DNA of 64,000 nt from a phage. The stretch lies in assembly GCA_018015315.1 (NCBI GenBank), contig GCA_018015315.1_3629.1. One strand, written 5' to 3'. The notes beneath the pieces were generated by a model, which saw nothing but the letters and a program-made list of their open reading frames with translations, ran no database searches and was not told the origin of the DNA. Below are positions 18,638 through 28,853 of the stretch, in pieces. The position numbers and the translations under genes were made by a program. Within the stretch, counting starts at the first letter, position 1. Each line of letters starts with the position of its first letter.

Positions 18638-18649
18638 TTTATCTCCTGA

Positions 18650-20722
18650 TTATGAGAAGTCTGGCGGGACAACATCCTCTACATACCCTTTCAGAGCAAC
18701 CTGCCCCATATGAAGCACGGTAGAATCTCTAGCGGTAACAGTGATGCTGTCAGACATTACTTGCGGATATGCCCACACATACTGTTTTACCTCAGGGTAT
18801 CTATACTCTATAGTTGCCATGTTTCCGCAAATACATCTCCATAAAAATTCTTGGTAATTCCTGGTTGGGTCGTAGCCATATACCGGAGCAAGCTCTTTAC
18901 TAGGAACGAACCCTGCAAGGTATTGTATTTCAGACGGTTGCCAACCTAACTTAACGATAGGTATGTTTACAGACTCTTTTGCCTTTTCAATACCTCCCTG
19001 CATCACCCAATCGTAGCACTCAGTGCAGAAGAAATCAAGAGCACCTGCTTCCTTTTTATATTGGTCAGCAAGGTTCAGCTTTTGCGTAAGCTCGGTTTCC
19101 ATAATGGTTGGGAAAAACAGCAAAGCTGTCATCTGAGCTGATGCAGCGTGTGCTTTTATTGCCTTTGAAATAGCAGCAATACGAGCGCCAAGCTTACCAC
19201 GACAAAATGCTACATACTTGTCGTAAACACCGCCAGTTTTAGGATCGTCAATAGTCCCAATATCTAAGGCATACTCTCCTGTCTCATCATAAAACGCCTG
19301 TTTTGTAGGGTAATCATAAATACAAGGTCTACGAGTATCGGTATTGTACCACCACCACGGTTCACCAACCTGCATAATCACTGGCAGGTTGTTTCTCATA
19401 GCGACTGATGCAAAATTCTTAAATACTGCAGTAAGGAAATTCATACCCTCTTCAATGGTTGGAGACAGGAGGTAGCTACAAGGTGTATATCCTGTTTTAG
19501 CGTAGTTATCATTCCAGTCTCTTTGGGTCCATTCCAACGGGCAGGCATCGCTGTAAAGCTCAAAACTTACAGACTGCATAACGTCGAAGTTATGTCGTTT
19601 GGCATTGTACATAAAATCATCATGCCATTTATAAGCTGCAGCGTTTAGCGCCCCTGTTCTGTTTATAGACCATTGGGTTCCTGACCATGTGTAGTCATAA
19701 TAATGACTCATACCAACATAATGGTTTATGGTTCCGGTATAGCCCAGACGCTTGATATTGTTCAACACCCTTAAAGGAGATACGTTCCACATATCGTCAT
19801 ATGCGGTGCAGATCCCAACGTCGTGCTCTTTAACCTGAATATTGTTAAGTTGCATCATTTTCCAGCCCGTGTCTGGCTGAAGCAGATCTAGGCGCAACTC
19901 ACACTCTACATTTTCCGTTCTCGGGTCTGTGCTATTACTTACCCAGTCTTTAGGCATGAGCGGTATTAAAATTCTTCTCACCTGTCGAGGATCAACACCC
20001 ATCATGTTGTTGTTCTGATCCATCCCGACGCAGTCCTCGAAATCAATATGAATCTCTGCAACATTCTTATCCTCTGAGATGCTGACAGCATATTGAGCTA
20101 AAGGAACATAGATGATTGTACCATCAACAAGGTCTACAGTCATAATCATCTTTTCAGGAGTGGAGAAGTTGCTGGCATTGGTTATTGACATTCTGAACCA
20201 AAGCTTGGTGTTTCTCATCTCATAGTGATCATCAAACCCAATACCGAAATGGTCATACTTGTCAACTGTTTCCCAAATGCACCCAGCCATACCTCCATAT
20301 GTTCTTGACACTAAACGGTTAATACAACAGTTGTCATCTGCAACAATACAGGTACTTTCAGTCTGCTGAGTGGTTGTAACCCAATATCTTGGGTGAAACA
20401 TTCTCTCCTCGACAGTATCCCAAGATATTCTGTCAAGATTCTCATCTGAAACTATTGTACATTTCGCCCTTTGTGTCCCAATCATCACCCCTTGAGATTT
20501 TGATGAAAACTCCATAAAGAAGCTTCTTGGTAACCTGTTGGGTAATTTGTCAACAATTTCCACTGGGATTTCAATACTGGTTGCCCCAACTGGGATAGTT
20601 ATATCGCCCTCAACATGATCATAATCCCTACCAGGAACGGCAGTATCCTGAACTGTGCGGTAATGAAACCGTGCAGCCATTGTAGAGTAATCACGGTAAG
20701 GTTTAAAAACAGCTGTTGCCAT
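18650..20722 (-). CDS. tail-associated protein with Calx-beta-like N-terminal segment
   Basis: 690 aa; N-terminal DYDHVEGDITIPVGATSIEIPVEIVDK resembles a Calx-beta repeat; Trp/Tyr-rich remainder suggests a carbohydrate-active fold. Confidence 0.5.
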   Translation of the reverse strand: MATAVFKPYRDYSTMAARFHYRTVQDTAVPGRDYDHVEGDITIPVGATSIEIPVEIVDKLPNRLPRSFFMEFSSKSQGVMIGTQRAKCTIVSDENLDRISWDTVEERMFHPRYWVTTTQQTESTCIVADDNCCINRLVSRTYGGMAGCIWETVDKYDHFGIGFDDHYEMRNTKLWFRMSITNASNFSTPEKMIMTVDLVDGTIIYVPLAQYAVSISEDKNVAEIHIDFEDCVGMDQNNNMMGVDPRQVRRILIPLMPKDWVSNSTDPRTENVECELRLDLLQPDTGWKMMQLNNIQVKEHDVGICTAYDDMWNVSPLRVLNNIKRLGYTGTINHYVGMSHYYDYTWSGTQWSINRTGALNAAAYKWHDDFMYNAKRHNFDVMQSVSFELYSDACPLEWTQRDWNDNYAKTGYTPCSYLLSPTIEEGMNFLTAVFKNFASVAMRNNLPVIMQVGEPWWWYNTDTRRPCIYDYPTKQAFYDETGEYALDIGTIDDPKTGGVYDKYVAFCRGKLGARIAAISKAIKAHAASAQMTALLFFPTIMETELTQKLNLADQYKKEAGALDFFCTECYDWVMQGGIEKAKESVNIPIVKLGWQPSEIQYLAGFVPSKELAPVYGYDPTRNYQEFLWRCICGNMATIEYRYPEVKQYVWAYPQVMSDSITVTARDSTVLHMGQVALKGYVEDVVPPDFS

Positions 20723-21408
20723 TAACCCTCCTGTCTAGTTGCGTTTACTGTAATACTTTCACAATAAATGGTTGTGGTGTCCCAATCAGGTCTTACGTCA
20801 GGAACATACAGCAAAGTAGCCAGCCCACCAACTCCGAATTGGTTTTCTTCCCACACTGATCCGAAGCCAAGAGCTGCAGAGTCACCTTCAAAACCAAAAG
20901 CTTGCCCTTGCGATTCTGTAAGACGCAAATGACAAGGCAGTGGTAGCATGTCTAAGATCTGATCAATAGACTGCAATATGTCAAAGCAAGTTTTTCTAAT
21001 ATTTATGTCAAACCTGAAGTTGTCTCCTTTCCACGTATCGAAATTGTTTCTTCCGAACAATTGTCGCAAGGTGGAGATGACATCTTCGCGAGTCCCGCCC
21101 CTTGATGCTGCGGCCTGCTGAATAATTAGTGTGGCACGAAAATCAGCATCTGAAAGTCCATTCCTAAGAATACCGAGTTGATTACCAACTTCGTCAAGGT
21201 ATCTTCCGCTGGCATTATTAAGCAATCTTCCTTCAGCCAAACCTACCAGCATCTTATCAACATCCTCCAACCTTTTAAGGTACACGGTTAAGAATGTGAC
21301 TAAATTAACCTTCTCAGCCAGAAAATCTCCAGGCAGGTAGTCAAGACCTCCCTGAACAAAATCTGGCAGAGTGTGGATGTGGTTAACATCCGACTTAATC
21401 TCTGCCAT
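20722..21408 (-). CDS. hypothetical tail/baseplate protein
   Basis: 228-aa ORF, start/stop coupled to the downstream gene. Confidence 0.5.
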   Translation of the reverse strand: MAEIKSDVNHIHTLPDFVQGGLDYLPGDFLAEKVNLVTFLTVYLKRLEDVDKMLVGLAEGRLLNNASGRYLDEVGNQLGILRNGLSDADFRATLIIQQAAASRGGTREDVISTLRQLFGRNNFDTWKGDNFRFDINIRKTCFDILQSIDQILDMLPLPCHLRLTESQGQAFGFEGDSAALGFGSVWEENQFGVGGLATLLYVPDVRPDWDTTTIYCESITVNATRQEG

Positions 21409-21419
21409 ATCTCGCCGCC

Positions 21420-22910
21420 TTAAATAGTTTGTTGGAAAGTTATATTACTTTCATCGAGGTCAAACACCTCGGTCATGTTTGCAACAATATCGTTTGCAGT
21501 GTAAGCTTCATCAGAAGCCCCCACAGGTTTAACTTGAATTACCAGTCTATTAAATCTACCTATCGACACAGCAGCAGATGCAGCACCAACCAATTGGATA
21601 TTGTACAACGTATCTGCAACATCCAGTCCGTTAACAACCTGCAAAAGAGCCTCTACAATGGCATCTTTTTCGGTTGTGGAAAGCGCAGCACCGGAGTAGG
21701 TAATTCTTACATCCAGGCGGTAGGTATTTGCCTTGGAATAATAAATTCTTTCAGTTTGACCGTCAGATGTAGTTACATCGTAGAAAATATTACCATAAGT
21801 TCTGTTCGTACAGGCTATAGTTTGGTAAAGTGCTTGGCAAATGTCCTCCGTTGCACCACCAAACACAACCACTTGGAACTTGTAAGGAGGTATACCTTTA
21901 GCATCAGTTTTATCGGTGTTGTTGGAGAACACTCTCACTTTCTCAACACCTTTCACCTCGCTTACCGCGCTAAGGATTGCAGGACGGGTAGCCTTCGATG
22001 TTAACTGTTTAGTGCTGGAAGCTCTTAAGCGATACTCGGAATCTTTCTCAACATCCCTGCCCTCGTTGAATCTTTCGCGGTTGGTAAGCTTGATAAATCC
22101 ACTGGGAGTAGGTGACATTGTTGTCACGGTTTCTGCCTCTCTTGACAGCTCACCAGCCTCGTTAGCGATAACATCCAAGGTGATGGTTCTTTCCCCTACA
22201 ATCGGGGATACTCTGAAATCTACCCTACTATTAAGTCCAACTTGATCAAGATTCGAATTGTACCCTATCCACAACGTTCCTGTCAACATATCGATCTGAA
22301 TCAAATCGTCGTTCAACAGGGTTGTATTATCGACAATGAATTGCTTAATCTCTCCGTAAAAGCTTGGCAGATCAGAAGAGTCCAGAGCCTTATCTGTTAA
22401 AACCAAACTTTTTGTTTTGATACTTCCATCTGTCTGGTTGGTAATTTGAAAGTTGTATTTACCAATCCTTAGGTCTGGAGCATTTATTCTGTGGGCAATA
22501 AGATTCCCTGCCACTTGCACATCATTACTAAGAACAAAGTTGCCACTATCCAGCGTATAAGTTTTGGAATCATAAATCATATTGTACGGCACAGTTGTGT
22601 TGATCGTCAACTGGCAGGTACCTGATGATTTAGAACGGCCTCTTCGGTAAATACCTTGTCTTCCAAGAAGTTCGTCTAGGTAAATACCTTCTGCCCCATA
22701 CAGCGTCTGTGATGCGTATACAGATGCTGCCATAAGAATAAGTTGATACTCTCGCTCGTTGAAGATAGTGGTCAGCTTATCTGCAACGGAGTTACTCTGT
22801 ACGTTGAAGTTTTCGCCAAAAGCACGGATCAGGCTTTGCTTAGTTTCAACGATTAGGTCATTTAGGGTTGGTATAACGAAACCAGCCTCTGTCAATCCAT
22901 ACTTAGCCAC
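21420..22910 (-). CDS. putative baseplate or tail fiber structural protein
   Basis: 496 aa; GTG start with GGAGGAG RBS just downstream of a strong promoter; first gene of a fiber sub-operon. Confidence 0.5.
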   Translation of the reverse strand: MAKYGLTEAGFVIPTLNDLIVETKQSLIRAFGENFNVQSNSVADKLTTIFNEREYQLILMAASVYASQTLYGAEGIYLDELLGRQGIYRRGRSKSSGTCQLTINTTVPYNMIYDSKTYTLDSGNFVLSNDVQVAGNLIAHRINAPDLRIGKYNFQITNQTDGSIKTKSLVLTDKALDSSDLPSFYGEIKQFIVDNTTLLNDDLIQIDMLTGTLWIGYNSNLDQVGLNSRVDFRVSPIVGERTITLDVIANEAGELSREAETVTTMSPTPSGFIKLTNRERFNEGRDVEKDSEYRLRASSTKQLTSKATRPAILSAVSEVKGVEKVRVFSNNTDKTDAKGIPPYKFQVVVFGGATEDICQALYQTIACTNRTYGNIFYDVTTSDGQTERIYYSKANTYRLDVRITYSGAALSTTEKDAIVEALLQVVNGLDVADTLYNIQLVGAASAAVSIGRFNRLVIQVKPVGASDEAYTANDIVANMTEVFDLDESNITFQQTI

Positions 22911-22943
22911 GTCACTCCTCCGGTATGAAAATCTCTACAAGGT

Positions 22944-22972
22944 ATTTTACCAAATTTTGTAACAATAGTCAA
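22944..22972 (-). promoter_or_regulatory. sigma70-like promoter
   Basis: Minus strand: TTGACT (22967-22972), 17-bp spacer, TAAAAT (22944-22949); followed by GGAGGAG RBS. Confidence 0.55.
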
Positions 22973-22983
22973 TCTGAGCATAA

Positions 22984-23008
22984 AAATAAACCCCGCCGAA
23001 GCGGGGCT
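22984..23008 (-). terminator. rho-independent terminator after the 1279-aa gene
   Basis: CCCCGC-CGAA-GCGGGG perfect stem followed by UUUAUUUUUAU on the minus transcript. Confidence 0.7.
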
Positions 23009-23015
23009 TTAAAGG

Positions 23016-26000
23016 TTAGTCGTGAGACTCGTTCCAAGGTCCCTGGAAGCTGGAGTTAGAACGACTAACAACCACAGTAGGACAGGATATTGTAATACCT
23101 GTCACGTTTGACGTTGACCACGGGGTGTAGATTTCAATAATAATGTCTATAGTCTGTTCACCTAGACCTGTTATCCCAACTGCACACATGCCATCGTTGT
23201 CGTTTCCGTACTTCTTGCCAGCAAGGAGTTGATGACCAGCTATCCACGCATTTAGTTGGGAGTTGGCACGAGTACCGTTCAGTTTAAAGAAGAATGTTAC
23301 GTTCTTACCTTGACCTGAAACGTTATCTACGTATCTCCACCTCCAACGGCAAACCCTCTGCTGGGAGTTATATACTGGAGCACAATCTCCGTAAGTCCTG
23401 TGTGCAACAATTGCACCTTCAAACTGGTTAGCACGAATAACAGAAGCTTCTACACGACCACGGAATGTACCTCCGGTTGCATCTATGGTGCCTCTAAAGC
23501 TACCATTATTGGCATAAACATCTCCACGGAAGGTACCACTAGTGGCGTTAACTGCCCCTGTGAAGTTACCAGAACTGGCGTTAATGTTGCCTTTCACCCA
23601 CACATCCATAAATTGGGCATGCCCGTTCTTGTTAATATACCAACCGTATTTATGGTACCCGTTGCCATCGTAGTTGTTTGACGAAATTTCTTGTGCAATC
23701 TTGGCAGAGGAGATCGTGCCATTCTCTATAAAAGCGTCTTTCAAGAACGCTTGGTTGTTCTTGATTGCGAAAGCAAGGGTTGCTGTTCCGTTTCCGGGGT
23801 TGTATACCGCAAAGTTGTTTGCACTAACCATGAAGTATGATTGAACTTGTCCCCCAGACCCCTCCATGCCCAGCTGGATACCTGCAACATACTTATTCCC
23901 TGCGGAGTCTACCTGTATCTTTGTTCCCCATTGAGCATTTACTTTGCCCTCTAAGTCGGTTACAGCCTTAGATGTTGTAGCTACTGCAGCTCTAAGCTCA
24001 GATACATCACCAACATCATCAATTATTTCCTGTTTAGCAACCGCAAGTTCTTGGCGAATAGCTGACGCGGTACCGTTAATAAGATCCACAGTGGCTTTAT
24101 TAGTATCAGAAATTGTAGCATCAAGTGCTGTTTTTGTGGAGGTAAGTTTCCCATCCAAGTCCTTAATTGCCTGCTTGTTGGTAGAGATCTCTCCACGGGC
24201 AGAAGTTATCTGCTCTGACAGTGCAGATGTTTTCTGATTCAATAAATCTGTGGTGGCCTTATTGGTATTAGCGATCAAAGTATTGAGATCAGTTTTTGCA
24301 GTGGTTATCTTACCATCTAACGTGGTATAGTTCTTAGATACCGTCACATTTGTCTGACTGATCTTTTGATCCAGGGTTTCAGAGGTCTTGTTCAAAAGAT
24401 CCACTGTTGCCTTGTTGGTGCTTAGGATACTTGCATCAAGCTCTGTTCTCTGAGTATTGATCTTGCCATCTAGAGTTTTATCTCCAGCAAGGTATCCGCT
24501 CTCAACACCCCCTATTTGCTCTACCAGCTCACCCTTGGCGGCAACCAATTTTTCATCTAAAGCCTCTGTCTTTTTGTTCAAAAGATCAGTAGTTGCTTTA
24601 TTGGTTGTCTCGATCAGGGATGCCAGTCTACCACTTTCAGTGTTCAGGTCGTTAGTAAACTTATTTTGTGCAGCAACAAGTTTCTTATCCAGTGCTGTAA
24701 TGTTACCATTGACATCCTCAAACTTCTGAGTTGTCTCTGTAACTACCGCGCCTATCCTATCCCCGAGTTGCTGGAATGCTTCATCTACCCTACCATCCAT
24801 GTATTTATTGAGCTCTGTGACCCGATTTTCAACCTCTTCGATAGAGGAATCTAAAGTGCTCATCAACTCTTTATAAGTTTCTGTCTTTTTAAATTCAGCA
24901 TCTATCTGAGGCATCAGATCTTCAATGGATGTATAGCAGCGTGCAGCGCATTCTACAAACTGAGAACTACCAAAAGCGTTTGTGGTTCTAATGTACCAAT
25001 AATAAATCTTATCGTTCTGCAGACCTTCAGATGTCCAAGTTGAACCAACACCCATACGCGTGGCTTTTGAAGTAACGGTTGCATCACTGGTATCTGGCAA
25101 TCTTGTCATCCCAGATGTCCAAAAGTCGTACTGGGTGCTTACACTAGCCAAGTCTCTGCTGTGCGGGATCAGGGTAATAGCAAAGTATCCCTGTTTAACC
25201 TCCACAGAAACAGGAGCTTCAGGTGCCTGAATGTTGAACTCACAATATGCTTCCGGAGATACACCACCTTTATAAGATGTTGCAACAACAGTGGCTGTGT
25301 AGAATCCTTTAGTCAGACCCTCAACACGGACAAACTGCTCAACTGTCTGTGCTGTCCAAACAATCTCTCCGTTCTTTCTTACCTGCACAATATTTTGAGC
25401 GTATGTCCCAACGTTGTCCCAAGCCAAAACACCGTGAGTTACTTCTCCAGCTTGGAGAACGGAATATCTGAAGTTTTGCGGTTGAGCTACACCAGATGGA
25501 GATATTGGAATATCTACATCGCCAGAATCCGGAAGTTGCCCTGTGGCATCATTCCACTCTTTAGCATCTTGACGAAGTTTTACCTTGACACCGCCCTTTT
25601 TAGTAAACTCCCATTCAAGAACTCTCATTTCTTGGCCCACTATACCAATACTTGGGAGGTCCATTGTAACGTAACGACCAGGTTTAAATTTGAAACCTCG
25701 CATATTGCAGGTGACTTCAATAATCCTGCCAGCTCTGGCACGTCTTAGGAAGATTGCAGAAACACGCTGAGCTTGATAAGGACTGGTAACAAAGCGATAG
25801 TCTATATCGATTATCTTTCTTTCTCCATCCTTCTCTATCCACTCTGGGACAAACACTGATGGAAAATCTGTTTCAGAATACCCTTTGGTCGGACTAGTGA
25901 ATCTGCCAGTTATTGTGTTGGATCTTTTGTCAAATGAGGCTTCCGGATAGATCTTAACCTCACCACAGACACAGTCCTCACTCAATGTCATTGTTGCCGG

Positions 26001-26855
26001 ACCATAGTATGCACCAACCAGCAAACCATACTTACCAGCAACATAACTAAGGTCTGCACCGCAAGCTTTCAGCATTTCTGCCATAATACTTGCTGGGGCC
26101 TCATCCATGTCAAACTCACCGTTAATGGTGTAACGTCGCTCACTGGTTCCGTCAGCGTTTTTTACTGCCTCGTCGCATATGTTGGCAGCCTCCTTAAAGG
26201 ACTCCCAGTTGATGGTTTCGTCAGGACATTTAAGGTACGTTCTTAAATAGTCTAGGATCACCAAGGCAGCGTTATTGGTATACACCTCTTTACTGATACG
26301 AGGATCATAGCATTTTTTACCAACCTTGACAAGTGTAACGTTTGGCAACCCAAAAGGAAACTTGTTAGGGTCAAACCTGAAGCTGGCACGTAGCCAACTG
26401 ATCCCTCTACCTATCATGTCTGGTGACCATGATGGGCAGTGTGTACCCATGAAAGGATCAGATGTTTTTCTGTCGTTATGTAGCTCCCACGATACCAGAT
26501 CTCCATACGAGGAAATAGGATTACCGTCGATAAGTATATCTTCTATACCTTCCAGAGGGTGATTGGCAAGAACAATAGCACAATGGAGGGTTCTGTCGCT
26601 ATCCTGCTCCAAAAACGCAAGCAATCCGGATGTGCGTGTCTTCCCATACACTACAGAGCAGGGTGCAGCAGAAGATCTGAGAAGCTTTTGTCTATCTTGC
26701 TGACTTCTGTAAGATTTGTTGCCCTCAAAAATCTTATCCAGAGTTCTGGTGGTAACAGTGTTCAGGCTGTCAGCCAGAGCTGCCTTGGATGCGTTCCAGT
26801 CATAACTTGAAGATCTTGCAGAAGCAACGATGTTATCAATCATTGCAATTGGCAT
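23016..26855 (-). CDS. central tail fiber / host-specificity (J-like) protein with internal tandem repeats
   Basis: 1279 aa; about five ~38-aa repeats (TNKATTDLLNKKTEALDEKL and variants) in the middle; C-terminal Gly/Asn/Thr-rich fiber-like region. Confidence 0.6.
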   Translation of the reverse strand: MPIAMIDNIVASARSSSYDWNASKAALADSLNTVTTRTLDKIFEGNKSYRSQQDRQKLLRSSAAPCSVVYGKTRTSGLLAFLEQDSDRTLHCAIVLANHPLEGIEDILIDGNPISSYGDLVSWELHNDRKTSDPFMGTHCPSWSPDMIGRGISWLRASFRFDPNKFPFGLPNVTLVKVGKKCYDPRISKEVYTNNAALVILDYLRTYLKCPDETINWESFKEAANICDEAVKNADGTSERRYTINGEFDMDEAPASIMAEMLKACGADLSYVAGKYGLLVGAYYGPATMTLSEDCVCGEVKIYPEASFDKRSNTITGRFTSPTKGYSETDFPSVFVPEWIEKDGERKIIDIDYRFVTSPYQAQRVSAIFLRRARAGRIIEVTCNMRGFKFKPGRYVTMDLPSIGIVGQEMRVLEWEFTKKGGVKVKLRQDAKEWNDATGQLPDSGDVDIPISPSGVAQPQNFRYSVLQAGEVTHGVLAWDNVGTYAQNIVQVRKNGEIVWTAQTVEQFVRVEGLTKGFYTATVVATSYKGGVSPEAYCEFNIQAPEAPVSVEVKQGYFAITLIPHSRDLASVSTQYDFWTSGMTRLPDTSDATVTSKATRMGVGSTWTSEGLQNDKIYYWYIRTTNAFGSSQFVECAARCYTSIEDLMPQIDAEFKKTETYKELMSTLDSSIEEVENRVTELNKYMDGRVDEAFQQLGDRIGAVVTETTQKFEDVNGNITALDKKLVAAQNKFTNDLNTESGRLASLIETTNKATTDLLNKKTEALDEKLVAAKGELVEQIGGVESGYLAGDKTLDGKINTQRTELDASILSTNKATVDLLNKTSETLDQKISQTNVTVSKNYTTLDGKITTAKTDLNTLIANTNKATTDLLNQKTSALSEQITSARGEISTNKQAIKDLDGKLTSTKTALDATISDTNKATVDLINGTASAIRQELAVAKQEIIDDVGDVSELRAAVATTSKAVTDLEGKVNAQWGTKIQVDSAGNKYVAGIQLGMEGSGGQVQSYFMVSANNFAVYNPGNGTATLAFAIKNNQAFLKDAFIENGTISSAKIAQEISSNNYDGNGYHKYGWYINKNGHAQFMDVWVKGNINASSGNFTGAVNATSGTFRGDVYANNGSFRGTIDATGGTFRGRVEASVIRANQFEGAIVAHRTYGDCAPVYNSQQRVCRWRWRYVDNVSGQGKNVTFFFKLNGTRANSQLNAWIAGHQLLAGKKYGNDNDGMCAVGITGLGEQTIDIIIEIYTPWSTSNVTGITISCPTVVVSRSNSSFQGPWNESHD

Positions 26856-27280
26856 TAATACCTCCAGACATCAACAACGATAGAATCTTTCATGTCGAAC
26901 ATAAAGACCCCTTTATCACCTTTCGCCCAAATCTGGTTGTTCCAGAACACACCAGCGGTGAGCCCGTTCAGACCTTCGAAAATGACAATATCTCCACGCT
27001 GAACCTGTTTAGGAGTATCCAGCCGAGTCATAAAGAGATCAAAAATAGTAGGCAGGTGTGTGGTTTTGAAACGGAGCATGCACCATCTTTTGCTTTCCAA
27101 CTCTGTTTTATACGTTCCTTCGAAGTTAGAAAGAAAATCTGTTCCGTACTGGGCATCAACACACTTAGCTGCAAAGGTGCAACAATCGTGGAATCCCCAT
27201 TCAAAAGGTATGGTGGCCTCTTCGTCAAACACTTTCCACAATCTTTCTTGCCAATCCACTAAACGAGGGTGTGTGCTCAT
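26855..27280 (-). CDS. hypothetical tail protein (possible peptidase-like fold)
   Basis: Start moved to the second ATG (MSTHPRL), which has a GGAGG RBS; HDCC and GDIVIF motifs faintly resemble NlpC/P60-type proteins. Confidence 0.45.
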   Translation of the reverse strand: MSTHPRLVDWQERLWKVFDEEATIPFEWGFHDCCTFAAKCVDAQYGTDFLSNFEGTYKTELESKRWCMLRFKTTHLPTIFDLFMTRLDTPKQVQRGDIVIFEGLNGLTAGVFWNNQIWAKGDKGVFMFDMKDSIVVDVWRY

Positions 27281-27846
27281 TAAACCTCCCAAATGATCGG
27301 GCGGCTCGCCACCTGATCCACATATTTAAAAAATCTGTCATTATCGTTTCTTGAGCTGTGGCTTTCCTCCGTGTACCTATAAGGAAAACCTCTTAACCAA
27401 CTGTTGAAGATGGAAGAGATGGATATGGACAAAGCACTATTCTCACCTGTCTGAATAGCCATATCTGTTATAAGGCCGTCAAACAAGCCATTAGTTGTAA
27501 CAGGCAGACCATTCTCCATAGCGGTAATGTACAACGTGGCACGACAACCAGAATACTCCGTCTTCAGCAGATCACCAACATACTTAGGATCAAACCCGTT
27601 CAATGTTGCTACCACAGATCCGAAGTTGGTGGCATCTTTCTCAGACACAGCAGTTAATGTTGCTGATCCACCTATCCCTATAAAATGTTGCCCCTCAATT
27701 ACTACAACACCAGTGCCTGAGCACACCCTGACAGTTCCTGTCGGTAGCTCCAGCTTTGCAGCAATTAAGATCTCAACACCATCAAGCTCCAGCTTTTCAA
27801 GAAATAAATTATCTAATGGCGCTCTGATCATCTTAGAAATCCTCAA
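27280..27846 (-). CDS. hypothetical tail protein
   Basis: 188-aa ORF; coupled to neighbours. Confidence 0.5.
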   Translation of the reverse strand: MRISKMIRAPLDNLFLEKLELDGVEILIAAKLELPTGTVRVCSGTGVVVIEGQHFIGIGGSATLTAVSEKDATNFGSVVATLNGFDPKYVGDLLKTEYSGCRATLYITAMENGLPVTTNGLFDGLITDMAIQTGENSALSISISSIFNSWLRGFPYRYTEESHSSRNDNDRFFKYVDQVASRPIIWEV

Positions 27847-28423
27847 AGAAGTTGATAACTATATTATCACCTTTTTGCATAGCATCGACTTTTTGCTTAA
27901 TTTTATAAATATCTCTGATATGAAACCTACCCTTTGGGGATTGAGTTATTATCTTCATAGTATCCCCTGCGGCAATAGGTTTCCTAAGTCTTGGAGATAT
28001 GCTTATAACAGCAGCCCCAACACCATCGCTGCGTACTGGAGCTGTTACTACTTTCAACTCATCGTTCACAGATATTTTATCACCAGCTCTGGCTATGTCT
28101 CTGTTTGGCTCCCACCCGACCGTCTTCAAAAAATCGTCGTTACCAGTAGGCCCAAGAGCGATTGGCTCATTAGCTGTTACCGAGTGACCGTAAGTTTTAA
28201 TGAGAAATATGTTCCCATCTTTATATACCTGATCAACAAAGCTCTTAAGCTCTAACAACTGTGACTCGCTGATATTGGAAACCGTCAAAGTGCCTTTCCA
28301 GTTAGGTGTGGCATAGGTTACTTTTTGCGTTTTACCTGTAAACGGACTTTTAAACGTAACAATATCTGCTAGCAGCTCCAATCTAATATCTGGAAGGTAT
28401 CTAGGCCTTTCCCATAAAAACAT
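27833..28423 (-). CDS. hypothetical tail protein
   Basis: 196-aa ORF; GGAGG RBS; preceded by a promoter-like element. Confidence 0.5.
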   Translation of the reverse strand: MFLWERPRYLPDIRLELLADIVTFKSPFTGKTQKVTYATPNWKGTLTVSNISESQLLELKSFVDQVYKDGNIFLIKTYGHSVTANEPIALGPTGNDDFLKTVGWEPNRDIARAGDKISVNDELKVVTAPVRSDGVGAAVISISPRLRKPIAAGDTMKIITQSPKGRFHIRDIYKIKQKVDAMQKGDNIVINFFEDF

Positions 28424-28454
28424 TGTGCCTCCAGGTTAAACAATCATGATAGTT

Positions 28455-28483
28455 ATTTTACCAGATTTTAAGTTAATACGCAA
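28455..28483 (-). promoter_or_regulatory. candidate extended -10 promoter
   Basis: Minus strand: TGG-TAAAAT (-10 at 28455-28460) with weak -35 TTGCGT 17 bp upstream. Confidence 0.35.
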
Positions 28484-28485
28484 TA

Positions 28486-28515
28486 TAAACAAAAAGCCCC
28501 CGCCGAAGCGAGGGC
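28486..28515 (-). terminator. rho-independent terminator after the 110-aa gene
   Basis: 8-bp stem with one G-U pair, UUCG loop, then UUUUUGUUUAU. Confidence 0.55.
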
Positions 28516-28520
28516 AATAC

Positions 28521-28853
28521 TTAAAATACTTCCAAGGTAGACGCTGGAGGGTCGAACATGTTCAATTTCATCGACTCTACAACTTTTCCGCTTTTTGAGA
28601 TAATGTTTTCTGCACCTTCGTCCAGAGTTAAAACATTAACATAAAACAATTCGCTTTTCTCACAAACAGGATAGACAACCATGTTGCCAAACTCATCTTC
28701 TGCCTCATAGGTATCTCCCGTCTCTGTGTAAACAAAGCCAGCAACCTCTACAAGAAGTGTGTTTTGCAACACCTCATTTTCGTAAAAGCCGATTTCATCC
28801 ATGAAACCGTTAAAGTCCTCCCTGTCAGTGAACCCGAGGGTAAAGGTATTCAT
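28521..28853 (-). CDS. small acidic protein (possible tailspike chaperone)
   Basis: 110 aa; ATGA-coupled to the 1479-aa gene upstream. Confidence 0.45.
   Translation of the reverse strand: MNTFTLGFTDREDFNGFMDEIGFYENEVLQNTLLVEVAGFVYTETGDTYEAEDEFGNMVVYPVCEKSELFYVNVLTLDEGAENIISKSGKVVESMKLNMFDPPASTLEVF

Noticed and set aside
23400-28255. Plus-strand ORFs inside the minus-strand tail genes (e.g. 25161..25748, 27527..28255)
   Set aside because: Antisense to long, coupled structural ORFs; low-complexity translations.
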